Source: Narcine bancroftii (Eukaryota). From it: 64,000 nucleotides of DNA. The number at the start of each line of letters is the position of its first letter. Position 1 is the stretch's first letter. The stretch spans positions 95,294,001 to 95,358,000 of the forward strand of contig NC_091479.1 in assembly GCF_036971445.1 (NCBI RefSeq), in the 5' to 3' direction. The translations under genes and the position numbers were made by a program. Below are positions 13,967-23,901 of the stretch, piece by piece. The notes below the pieces were generated by a model. The model did no database searches. It saw nothing but the letters and a program-made list of their open reading frames with translations, and was not told where the DNA came from.

Positions 13967-14033
13967 TTCTTCAAAATACTTCTAAGTATACACGTCCTTC
14001 ATACATCTTTAAAAGACACACACAGTCACTTAC

Positions 14034-14090
14034 AACGCGCTGGCCCAATTCTCTCAACGTTTAAAAAACCTCCCGGCTTTCCATTTAAAT
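14034..14090 (-). promoter_or_regulatory. P2 TATA-like box (ATTTAAAT, 14083-14090) and putative short non-coding exon ending at donor GTAAGT (14033)
   Basis: TATA-like motif 20 bp downstream of the p53 REs, then a GTAAGT donor motif; matches the mammalian P2/exon 2 layout. Confidence 0.5.
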
Positions 14091-14110
14091 GGGAGGATGT
14101 GGGAGGGGAT

Positions 14111-14160
14111 AGATACGTCCGGGCAAGTCTCGAGTCCTCAGAACATGTCCGAGCAAGACC
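14111..14160 (-). promoter_or_regulatory. Two tandem p53 response elements (MDM2 P2 promoter)
   Basis: Plus-strand decamers AGATACGTCC GGGCAAGTCT, 10-bp spacer, GAACATGTCC GAGCAAGACC. Two are perfect RRRCWWGYYY matches, the others have 2 and 1 mismatches. They lie in intron 1, as in mammalian MDM2. Confidence 0.85.
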
Positions 14161-14208
14161 CGCCGAGAGAACTTGCAGCGTCAGAGGGAGCCCCTTGTGC
14201 GGACTCAC

Positions 14209-14285
14209 CGTCGCTTTGCCCTGACATGCCCGGAAGCCAGCAGCAGAAAGGGGCGACAGAAACAACGAGCACGCATGCGCCAAGG
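14209..14285 (-). promoter_or_regulatory. MDM2: MDM2 P1-type promoter and first exon
   Basis: CpG-rich; NRF1-like ACGCATGCGC at 14271-14280, ETS CCGGAAG at 14230-14236, strong donor ACG|GTGAGT after 14209, upstream ATG at 14227 (MSGQSD). Confidence 0.7.
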
Positions 14286-14310
14286 GAGAGAACTTAGAGG
14301 CTGGGTGGGG

Positions 14311-16262
14311 TAAGGCTGGAGGGAATGAAAGGAGGTGGGGGGAGGTTCCAAGGGTGGAGGAAGGAGGGTTTTAATGAAGTGAGGCTGGAGGGAATGAAAG
14401 GAGGTGGGGGAAGGTTCCAAGGGTGGAGGAAGGAGGGTTTTAATGAAGTGAGGCTGGAGGGAATGAAAGGAGGTGGGGGAAGGTTCCAAGGGTGGAGGAA
14501 GGAGGGTTTTAATGAAGTGAGGCTGGAGGGAATGAAAGGAGGTGGGGGAAGGTTCCAAGGGTGGAGGAAGGAGGGTTTTAATGAAGTGAGGGTGGAGGGA
14601 ATGAAAGGAGGTGGGGGGAGGTTCCAAGGGTGGAGGAAGGAGGGTTTTAATGAAGTGAGGGTGGAGGGAATGAAAGGAGGTGGGGGGAGGTTCCAAGGGT
14701 GGAGGAAGGAGGGTTTTAATGAAGTGAGGGTGGAGGGAATGAAACGAGGTGGGGGGAGGTTCCAAGGGTGGAGGAAGGAGGGTTTTAATGAAGTGAGGCT
14801 GGAGGGAATGAAAGGAGGTGGGGGAAGGTTCCAAGGGTGGAGGAAGGAGGGTTTTAATGAAGTGAGGGTGGAGGGAATGAAACGAGGTGGGGGGAGGTTC
14901 CAAGGGTGGAGGAAGGAGGGTTTTAATGAAGTGAGGGTGGAGGGAATGAAATGAGGTGGGGGGAGGTTCCAAGGGTGGAGGAAGGAGGGTTTTAATGAAG
15001 TGAGGGTGGAGGGAATGAAACAAGGTGGGGGGAGGTTCCAAGGGTGGAGGAAGGAGGGTTTTAATGAAGTGAGGCTGGAGGGAATAAAAGGAGGTGGGGG
15101 AAGGTTCCAAGGGTGGAGGAAGGAGGGTTTTAATGAAGTGAGGCTGGAGGGAATGAAAGGAGGTGGGGGAAGGTTCCAAGGGTGGAGGAAGGAGGGTTTT
15201 AATGAAGTGAGGCTGGAGGGAATGAAAGGAGGTGGGGGAAGGTTCCAAGGGTGGAGGAAGGAGGGTTTTAATGAAGTGAGGCTGGAGGGAATGAAAGGAG
15301 GTGGGGGGAGGTTCCAAGGGTGGAGGAAGGAGGGTTTTAATGAAGTGAGGCTGGAGGGAATGAAAGGAGGTGGGGGAAGGTTCCAAGGGTGGAGGAAGGA
15401 GGGTTTTAATGAAGTAAGGCTGGAGGGAATGAAAGGAGGTGGGGGAAGGTTCCAAGGGTGGAGGAAGGAGGGTTTTAATGAAGTGAGGCTGGAGGGAATG
15501 AAAGGAGGTGGGGGAAGGTTCCAAGGGTGGAGGAAGGAGGGTTTTAATGAAGTGAGGGTGGAGGGAATGAAAGGAGGTGGGGGGAGGTTCCAAGGGTGGA
15601 GGAAGGAGGGTTTTAATGAAGTGAGGGTGGAGGGAATGAAACGAGGTGGGGGGAGGTTCCAAGGGTGGAGGAAGGAGGGTTTTAATGAAGTGAGGCTGGA
15701 GGGAATGAAAGGAGGTGGGGGAAGGTTCCAAGGGTGGAGGAAGGAGGGTTTTAATGAAGTGAGGGTGGGGGGAATGAAACGGGGTGGGGGAAGGTTCCAA
15801 GGGTGGGGGAAGGTTCCAAGGGTGGGGGAAGGTTCCAAGGGTGGGGGAAGGTTCCAAGGGTGGGGGAAGGTTCCAAGGGTGGGGGAAGGTTCCAAGGGTG
15901 GGGGAAGGTTCCAAGGGTGGGGGAAGGTTCCAAGGGTGGGGGAAGGTTCCAAGGGTGGGGGAAGGTTCCAAGGGTGGGGGAAGGTTCCAAGGGTGGGGGA
16001 AGGTTCCAAGGGTGGGGGAAGGTTCCAAGGGTGGGGGAAGGTTCCAAGGGTGGGGGAAGGTTCCAAGGGTGGGGGAAGGTTCCAAGGGTGGGGGAAGGTT
16101 CCAAGGGTGGGGGAAGGTTCCAAGGGTGGGGGAAGGTTCCAAGGGTGGGGGAAGGTTCCAAGGGTGGAGGAAGGAGGGTTTTAATGAAGTGAGGGTGGAG
16201 GGAATGAAAGGAGGTGGGGGAAGGTTCCAAGGGTGGAGGAAGGAGGGTTTTGATGAAATGAG
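14311..16262. repeat. Compound G-rich minisatellite: about 21 x 69 bp, 20 x 19 bp (15782-16161), then about 1.4 x 69 bp
   Basis: The 19-bp unit GGGTGGGGGAAGGTTCCAA is a sub-segment of the 69-bp unit. Confidence 0.97.
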
Positions 16263-16609
16263 GGGAGAGGAAAAGGTCGTTCACGTTGTGAGGCTGCAGG
16301 AAAAGCCGAGGCGAGAAAAATAACATTGTCACTGAACTGTATGGCATTTTTTTTTAAAAAAGAGGCCTCTTCTATATATTTTTTTAAACGAGGTACTATT
16401 TCACCATTAAAAAAAAACTGCTGGAAATCAGAAATAAAGCTGGAAGAGTATACAAACATGCACATTTCTGTATTTTACTGGACCCCAGCATCTGCAGACT
16501 TTCTTGTTTAACTCAGACTGGAAAAGTTGTAAATACTCAGCCAATCAGGCAGTATCGGCAGAAAGTTGCAGTGTTGGGCCTTAAGACCCTTCAATAGGCA
16601 GCCGGTCAC

Positions 16610-17452
16610 GCATTTTATTTTCCAAAATATATTTTATTTGCAATAAATGATATACAATAAGGAGACTGTTCAAGACATTAATTGTTTCAATCATATTGGG
16701 TATATTGTTTACAATTCTGGAAAATATTTTTTTAAAACAGTGTCATTCGTCTCTTAATTCTCCATTAGCACCACTGCAGCCTTCTTGTTTCTTTCTCCAT
16801 TCTGTTGGTTGAGGTGCTTCCCATCAGTGTCAGCCCCTTAGTGCTTGGTAATGGGAGGACTCTGCTCCTTCCCTACAGTGCTGTTGCTTTGGATCCACCA
16901 AGCCTCAGCATAGTCCTGCAGCCAGGACTATACCTATTGACAGCATTCCCTCACCAACATCTCAGTGTGATGAAAGACCAGCAGGTTTCTGGCAGACCAA
17001 GGAGCATTCTTCGTGAGTCTTCCAGCAGTTCTGAATGTCGGACTCAGAATGTGTTCCTGGGAATGGTCCATAAATCAGGAAAAACTCTTGTCAGGCTGCT
17101 GCTGGGGATGAACTGTGACAAGCCCCTGCATCTCTCTGCACACACACTTTGCAAATCTACATTCAGCAAAGAGGTGGGCAACAGTCTCCACTCCACCTCA
17201 GCCATTCCAAGGACAACGTGGTGGAGGGTGATGTTCCAGTTGTCCCAGAAGGAGCTCAGTGGGAGGGCTTCTCTCACCACCAACCAGGCCAAATCTGGTG
17301 CTTGTCTGTCAATGAGGCATTCTGCCAAATGAACTGGACAGTGTGCTCGGAGAACCATCCCACTGGATCCATCAAGTCCTCCTCTTTCAGTTTCTGCAGA
17401 ACGTTCTGTGCTGACCACTGCCTGATGGCCTTGCGGTTGAAGGTGTTGTCCT
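16610..17452 (-). mobile_element. L1/Tx1-like LINE 3' fragment
   Basis: WQNASLTDKHQ / DLAWLVVREALP-type C-terminal ORF2 remnants followed by AATAAA-rich tail on minus. Confidence 0.55.
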
Positions 17453-17948
17453 GGATTCCAGTTGCCCTGATACCACTTTTCCATGGGCAAAATGTCTTGG
17501 TGAAGCCTTTCACCATTTTTGTCACTGACAAGATCACCAGGGAAGAAGTCCCAGTGGGAATGCAGAAAATGAATTTTCAATCACTTGTTGCATATACAAA
17601 GCAGGGTTTTGTATGCTGAAGCATGTTGTCAATAAATGAATATAGTTTGATACTTTATAGTTATCAAGAAAATTCTCAACATCTTTAAGATGCCTTCTAT
17701 GTATGCCCAGACCTAAGACAACATTTGCATAGCACTTGCACTGAGTGCATGCCCAGGCATGCTTGGACTGACCAAAACAGCTTGCTTTGTTGGCAGTATT
17801 CTAGTAGACTTAAAATATGACAGGAAATAACAAGAATAGGTTATATGTAATTAAAAAAAAGGAAAAATTTAAGGTGAATTGTGATCAGCAACCAAAATCC
17901 ATAATATACCCAAAAGTGTTCATGAAGCAAAATCTTCATTGTCCAGTG
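17453..17948 (-). mobile_element. Chapaev3-like fragment
   Basis: KIHFLHSHWDFFP..VSDKNGERLHQDI..YQGNWNP; terminus TTGTCCAGTG at ~17948. Confidence 0.7.
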
Positions 17949-18019
17949 AAATGGGAAAGTGCAATGTTCATCCCATTGGGTTAAGCCTATCTTAGAGGAA
18001 TAAAATAGATCTTTCCACA

Positions 18020-20080
18020 AGTTTACATTTAGCCTCACCCTAGCCAGGGATAAGGCTAAGGTCAGACATGTCTGAGTGGTAATGGGGAGGGGAATTAAAA
18101 TGGCTGGCAACCAAGTGTTCCAGCTTCAACCTACAGACTGTGCTTAACTAACTGGTGACTTAATCTGTGTTTAGCTCACCAACATAAAGGAAGATACATC
18201 AAATTTATCAAATGTTGTAGATTAATTGAAACAAGGTGCATGTGAAACTGAATGGCATGGGTACACACATGGGGTCCAGCTCTTCCTGCCTTTTTGTCAG
18301 GTTTGTGGAACAGTTCCTGCTCCCCAATTCGTTCTCCACTTGTATCAACAATTTAATTAACTGGTAACTTCCAAGCCTCCCAAAAATTTATTTGGGCTGT
18401 TTCTGACACTTCTCTTTCTGGACTTCCGCCTCCATCTCAGAAATAAAGTATCCATGGAAATTGATCACAAATCTACCAACTCCCAATTACCTGGACTGTA
18501 CATCTTCCCATCCTGTTCCCTGCAAGGACATTATCCCTTTCTCCCAATTCTGCTGCCTCTGTTCCCTGGATGAGGCCTTCCACTCCAGCATATCTGCAAT
18601 GTCCACATTTGTCAACCTCACCATTATTATTATTTTTAAAGTCCTTACATGCCTCTCCTCCAATTTATGCACTCTCACCCCAATGTCCCCCCCAGAAAGG
18701 ATGAGGATAGAGTTGCTTTGGTCTTTAATTTCCTCTGCATTTGACACGTCATTCTCTGACACATCCACCAACTTTAACAAGATCCTCCTGCCAGCCACAT
18801 CTTACCCTCCTCACTCCTTTCTACGACTCCCTGTCTGCTCCTCCTTCCTCTTTAATCTCCTCCTGCTGTAACTGCAGAACATGTTCCTACATTTCCCCCT
18901 CACTTACATCCAGGGTCCAAAACAGGCTTTCTAGGTGAGCCAGAGTTTACGTAAACCTCATCTAACCTAATTTACTGTATTCGGTGCAGCTTCCTCTACA
19001 TTGGTAAGACCAAATGCAGATTGGATGTCCATTTCACTGAGCATCTAATTCCTGGTTGCCAGCCATTTTAATTCTTTTCCCATACATATATGCCTGTCTT
19101 CCACCTTTTCCATTGCCAGATTGAATCTGAATGTAAATTTGAGGAATTCCTTCTGCATCCCCTTAAAAACAATAATTTCTCCTGTTTCTGTCTCTCCTTC
19201 ATCCATTCCCATCTTGCTTTCTAACGTTTCCTCCACTGTGGTCTCCTCCTGTGCCTGTATCTCCATCTCTCCTAATTTTCTGTCCAGTACAGCCACGTCA
19301 TTCCCTCCCCAGTTGTTTCCCCTTTGTATAGAGTACTTCATAGCTTCCCAAAATGACTATTTGACTGACTGCTTCGCACCCTGGATGCTGCCTGACTAGC
19401 TGTCTTCTCCCCTCCCCCCCAAGTTTCTTTTTTTTCCATTCAAGATTCCAGCGTCTTTGTTTGCCTTTGAGTATATTATGTATGTGACATTTTTTAATTT
19501 ATTAATTTGTGGCAATAAAAGGAACCTTAACCTTGCAGTTTGTGTTTCTCCCACATTCTTTTGTCTGCATTTTCACCTTCAATTCCCCATCCCATTCCCT
19601 TGCTGACATGCCTGCCCATGGTCTTATGTACTGTCAGACTGAGACCACTCAAGTTGGAGGAACACCACCTAAATCTTCCATCTGGCCACCCTTCAACCAG
19701 ATGGCATTAACATTGCCTTCTCCAGTTTCTGTTACAAAACCCCTCTTCTTCCCTGTCTACTTCCCTCTAGTTCTGTCTGCCTCTCTTTCTTCCCTTTGCC
19801 TTCTGTCTCCTTTCACAGAGCCAAAAATCAATTCTCACCTATTCTCCCATCATATCCAATTAAGAATTTTTGTCTGTTCATATGGACTCCTCCCACTTTC
19901 TTAGCTTTAATTAAAATGCCTGCCTGCTTTTCGCTTATCCCTTGAAGAAGGGCTCAGGTCTGAAACATCAGTGATAAATCTTTTGCCGCCTATGGACACT
20001 GCTAGACCGACTGGGTTCCTTTAGCATTTCTGTGTTTTTACTACAATTGCAATGCCTGCAGACCCCTTCGTTTCACTCCA
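18020..20080. mobile_element. Cluster of Penelope-like remnants
   Basis: YLDCTSSHP..CKD.IPFSQF (PLE RT thumb), YIGKT GIY-YIG remnant at ~19000, and terminal-repeat-like segments; mostly plus strand. Confidence 0.6.
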
Positions 20081-20480
20081 CTCTCTGACTGGCCCCATTC
20101 ATTTACCTTGTTTACACATATCCCTACAGTCACCCCCATTTTACCCACCCACTCTGCATTTCAACATGCATAATTTTCTCTTGTCAGTTGCAACAAAGGG
20201 CTTTTCACCCGAAATGTTAACATTTACTTTCCCAGCAAATGCTGACGATGAAAATAAGTTTAGGGGAGGGGAAAGTCCTTTCTATTAGTGAGATCTTTAA
20301 AACTATGGTGTAATACTCTGGGACTGTTCCACGATTGACATTATTGCCCACTCAGGGCCTCTGCAGGGAGCACTGTTGGTCTCATCTCTGACCCCAATAG
20401 TTGAGGCACGGGTCAAGCGGCATTGGAGAAAACAGCACAGGCCTCTTTGGCCCTTCTAGACTATGCCGAACCACTCTTCT

Positions 20481-20777
20481 GCTCACCTACACCCAGTCCA
20501 CAGCCCTCCCGCTCACCTACACTCAGTCCACAGCCCCCCCGCGCTCACCTACACCCAGTCCACAGTCCTCCCGCGCTAACCTACACCCAGTCCACAGCCC
20601 CCCTCACCGACACCCAGCCCACAGCACCCCTCACCGTCACCCAGTCCACAGCCCCCCGCTCACCGACACCCAGTCCACAGCCCCCCCGCTCACCGACACC
20701 CAGTCCACAGCCCCCCCGCTCACCGACACCCAGTCCACAGCACCCCCCTCGCTCACCTACACCCAGTCCACAGTCCC
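20481..20777. repeat. C-rich ~30-bp minisatellite (about 10 copies) grown inside a CR1 3' UTR
   Basis: Unit CTCACC(T/G)ACACCCAGTCCACAGCCCCCCG; flanks and unit resemble the CR1 3' UTR at 4440-4680. Confidence 0.85.
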
Positions 20778-20892
20778 CTACCTCGTTCCACTCCCTACCA
20801 GTGAAGAAGTTCCCTCTGAACTTTTCCCCTTTCACCCATGTCCCCTGGTTTGCACTCTACCTACCCCCTGGAGTAGAAGCCTACCCTATAAC

Positions 20893-22649
20893 GGTGGGTG
20901 CTTCTGCTGGGGGGGGTGGGCGCTTCTGCTGGGGGGGGGTGGGCGCTTCTGCTGGGGGGGGTGGGCGCTTCTGCTGGAGGGGTGGGCGCTTCTGCTGGAG
21001 GGGTGGGCGCTTCTGCTGGGGGGGTGGGCGCTTCTGCTGGGGGGGTGGGCGCTTCTGCTGGGGGGGTGGGCGCTTCTGCTGGGGGGGTGGCGCTTCTGCT
21101 GGGGGGGTGGGCGCTTCTTCTGTGGGGGGTGGGCGCTTCTGCTGGGGGGGTGGGCGCTTCTGCTGGGGGGGTGGGCGCTTCTGCTGGGGGGTGGGCGCTT
21201 CTGCTGGGGGGTGGGCGCTACTGCTGGGGGGTGGGCGCTTCTGCTGGGGGGTGGGCGCTTCTGCTGGGGGGTGGGCGCTTCTGCTGGGGGGTGGGCGCTT
21301 CTGCTGGGGGGTGGGCGCTTCTGCTGGGGGGTGGGCGCTTCTGCTGGGGGGTGGGCGCTTCTGCTGGGGGGGGTGGGCGCTTCTGCTGGGGGGGGTGGGC
21401 GCTTCTGCTGGAGGGGTGGGCGCTTCTGCTGGAGGGGTGGGCGCTTCTGCTGGGGTGTGGGCGCTTCTGCTGGGGTGTGGGCGCTTCTGCTGGGGGGTGG
21501 GCGCTTCTGCTGGGGGGTGGGCGCTTCTGCTGGGGGGTGGGCGCTTCTGCTGGGGGGTGGGCGCTTCTGCTGGGGGGTGGGCGCTTCTGCTGGGGGGTGG
21601 GCGCTTCTGCTGGGGGGTGGGCGCTTCTGCTGGGGGGTGGGCGCTTCTGCTGGGGGGTGGGCGCTTCTGCTGGGGGGTGGGCGCTTCTGCTGGGGGGGTG
21701 GGCGCTTCTGCTGGGGGATGGGCGCTTCTGCTGGGGGGTGGGCGCTTCTGCTGGGGGGTGGGCGCTTCTGCTGGGGGGTGGGCGCTTCTGCTGGGGGGTG
21801 GGCGCTTCTGCTGGGGGGTGGGCGCTTCTGCGGGGGGGTGGGCGCTTCTGCGGGGGGGTGGGCGCTTCTGCGGGAAGGTGGGCGCTTCTGCTGGGGGGTG
21901 GGCGCTTCTGCTGGGGGGTGGGCGCTTCTGCTGGGGGGTGGGCGCTTCTGCTGGGGGGTGGGCGCTTCTGCTGGGGGGTGGGCGCTTCTGCTGGGGGGTG
22001 GGCGCTTCTGCTGGGGGGTGGGCGCTTCTGCTGGGGGGGTGGGCGCTTCTGCTGGGGGGTGGGCGCTTCTGCTGGGGGGTGGGCTCTTCCGCTGGGGGTG
22101 GGCGCTTCCGCTGGGGGGTGGGCGCTTCCGCTGGGGGGTGGGCGCTTCCGCTGGGGGGTGGGCGCTTCCGCTGGGGGGTGGGCGCTTCCGCTGGGGGGGT
22201 GGGCGCTTCCGCTGGGGGGGTGGGCGCTTCCGCTGGGGGGTGGGCGCTTCCGCTGGGGGGTGGGCGCTTCCGCTGGGGGGTGGGCGCTTCCGCTGGGGGG
22301 TGGGCGCTTCCGCTGGGGGGTGGGCGCTTCCGCTGGGGGGTGGGCGCTTCCGCTGGGGGGTGGGCGCTTCCGCTGGGGGGTGGGCGCTTCCGCTGGGGGG
22401 TGGGCGCTTCCGCTGGGGGGTGGGCGCTTCCGCTGGGGGGTGGGCGCTTCCGCTGGGGGGTGGGCGCTTCCGCTGGGGGGTGGGCGCTTCCGCTGGGGGG
22501 TGGGCGCTTCCGCTGGGGGTTGGGCGCTTCTGCTGGGGGTTGGGCGCTTCTGCTGGGGGGGTGGGCGCTTCTGCTGGGGGGGTGGGCGCTTCTGCTGGGG
22601 GGTGGGCGCTTCTGCTGGGGGGTGGGCGCTTCTGCTTGGGGGGGGGGGG
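20893..22649. repeat. G-rich ~20-bp minisatellite (GGGGGGTGGGCGCTTC(T/C)GCT), about 85 copies
   Basis: Directly visible; G-run length varies; a TCCG variant block spans ~22085-22512. Confidence 0.97.
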
Positions 22650-23200
22650 TTCACAAAGAACCGGCCACCGTTCGTCGATCTCTCCCTGAGGCTCCCTGTT
22701 GTGCTGCGGGCGCGGACGATGAGGCCTGGGAATCAGACTCCACGCTTACCTCCCCTTCGGCCAGTTATGAAGGGCGCCATTCTTTTCTGCAACTGGGAGA
22801 ATTTGCCGGGGGGGGGGTGGCTCCGTCACCATGGAAACCTGACCTGTCATCGTTCGCGTCAACCGTGTTCCATTCTTGATTGCGCTCGCGACTGCCTGCC
22901 CAGCGCCCAAGTCTCGCGAGAACTCCGCCTGGTTGTCGTGTCCGGCCAACACGACAGCGCAGGAGCAGGCCGTTCAGCCCATCTTGTCCGTGCCGCACTG
23001 TGATTCTGCCTCGTTACCACGATGCTGCTATCACGAAACGGACTTCTGCTCCCCAGAGTTTGCAACCCCCTCGTGATACGCTGCCCATTTGGGACGAATG
23101 ACGTTCAGAGTTGTTGGATTTAAAAGGAACGCAGTCTCCTCCTTTAAAAGCCTGTGCGGAGCCGAGGGTAGTGGCAGCAATGGCGTGAGAGCAGTTCTCT
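22650..23200. promoter_or_regulatory. CpG-rich promoter, probably bidirectional (candidate TMEM117 promoter)
   Basis: Abrupt CpG enrichment in unique sequence; TCTCGCGAGA at 22912-22921, CTCGCGA at 22885-22891, X-box GTCACCATGGAAAC at 22825-22838, TGACG half-CRE at ~23099, minus-strand donor GAG|GTAAGC after 22750. Confidence 0.7.
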
Positions 23201-23738
23201 GGCAGCCCTTTCTTTTGCTAGAAGTTATTCTGGAGTAAAGAAAATTATGCAGCTATTAATACAAATGATAAGCAGTCTTCATAAAGAGTTCAGACCTGCC
23301 CATGGATGCTCTCTGACCTGCTAATGAAACCTGTTTTATTGTCTGTGCAGGCAGTAATCACTTGAAATTATAGGGAAGCTCGGTAACAAACAGTATTGTT
23401 GACAAAGCATGGGCTGCCATCTCAATATCATTTAGGGGGTGGGGAAGGAAAAGGTGGTTGTGGTATTACTCTGGAGATTTGGTTTGCAAATTGAGAGGGC
23501 TGCAGTGACATTCTTGTCTGTATTGCCAAACTGTAAGAGAGTGGGACAATGTTAATTGGCTTGCTTCAAACCATGCAATAGACACTTAAATTCATTTGTA
23601 CACGGTAAGAAAGATGAAAATGTGGGACGAAAATGTTTAAAAACCATTGTTTTAATTGATTTGTTACATGCACGGTTTTATAACTCCAAAGGACAATTTT
23701 TCACAAGCAAAATATTTCAGTAACAATTGGGTCTAGAG

Positions 23739-23874
23739 CAGTGATTCTCAAACTTCCCTTCCCGCTCACATTCCACCTGAAGCAATCAATCCCTTACTAA
23801 TCACAGAGCACCCGATGGGATAGGGAATAACTTAAAATGGTATGTAAGTGGAAAGAAAAGGTTGAGAACAACTG
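23739..23874. mobile_element. hAT-Charlie-like MITE
   Basis: CAGTGATTCTCAA...TTGAGAACAACTG termini; CTAG-centred 8-bp flanks; second copy at 62300-62429. Confidence 0.7.
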
Positions 23875-23901
23875 GGCTAGCTGAATCCTTTTGGAGGGCA
23901 A

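Noticed and set aside
15782-16161. Functional heat-shock element array
   Set aside because: Each unit has only two nGAAn pentamers; a canonical HSE needs three contiguous.
14205-16347. Proline- or glycine-rich ORFs up to 645 aa
   Set aside because: Translations of the 69/19-bp tandem array; no coding signature.
22750-22780. TWF1 exon 1, expected from human synteny with TMEM117
   Set aside because: MAPFITGRRG does not convincingly match MSHQTGIQA and no other twinfilin exon was found.
20401-23003. ORFs of 478-818 aa
   Set aside because: Minisatellite read-through in several frames; variable G-run lengths break periodicity.
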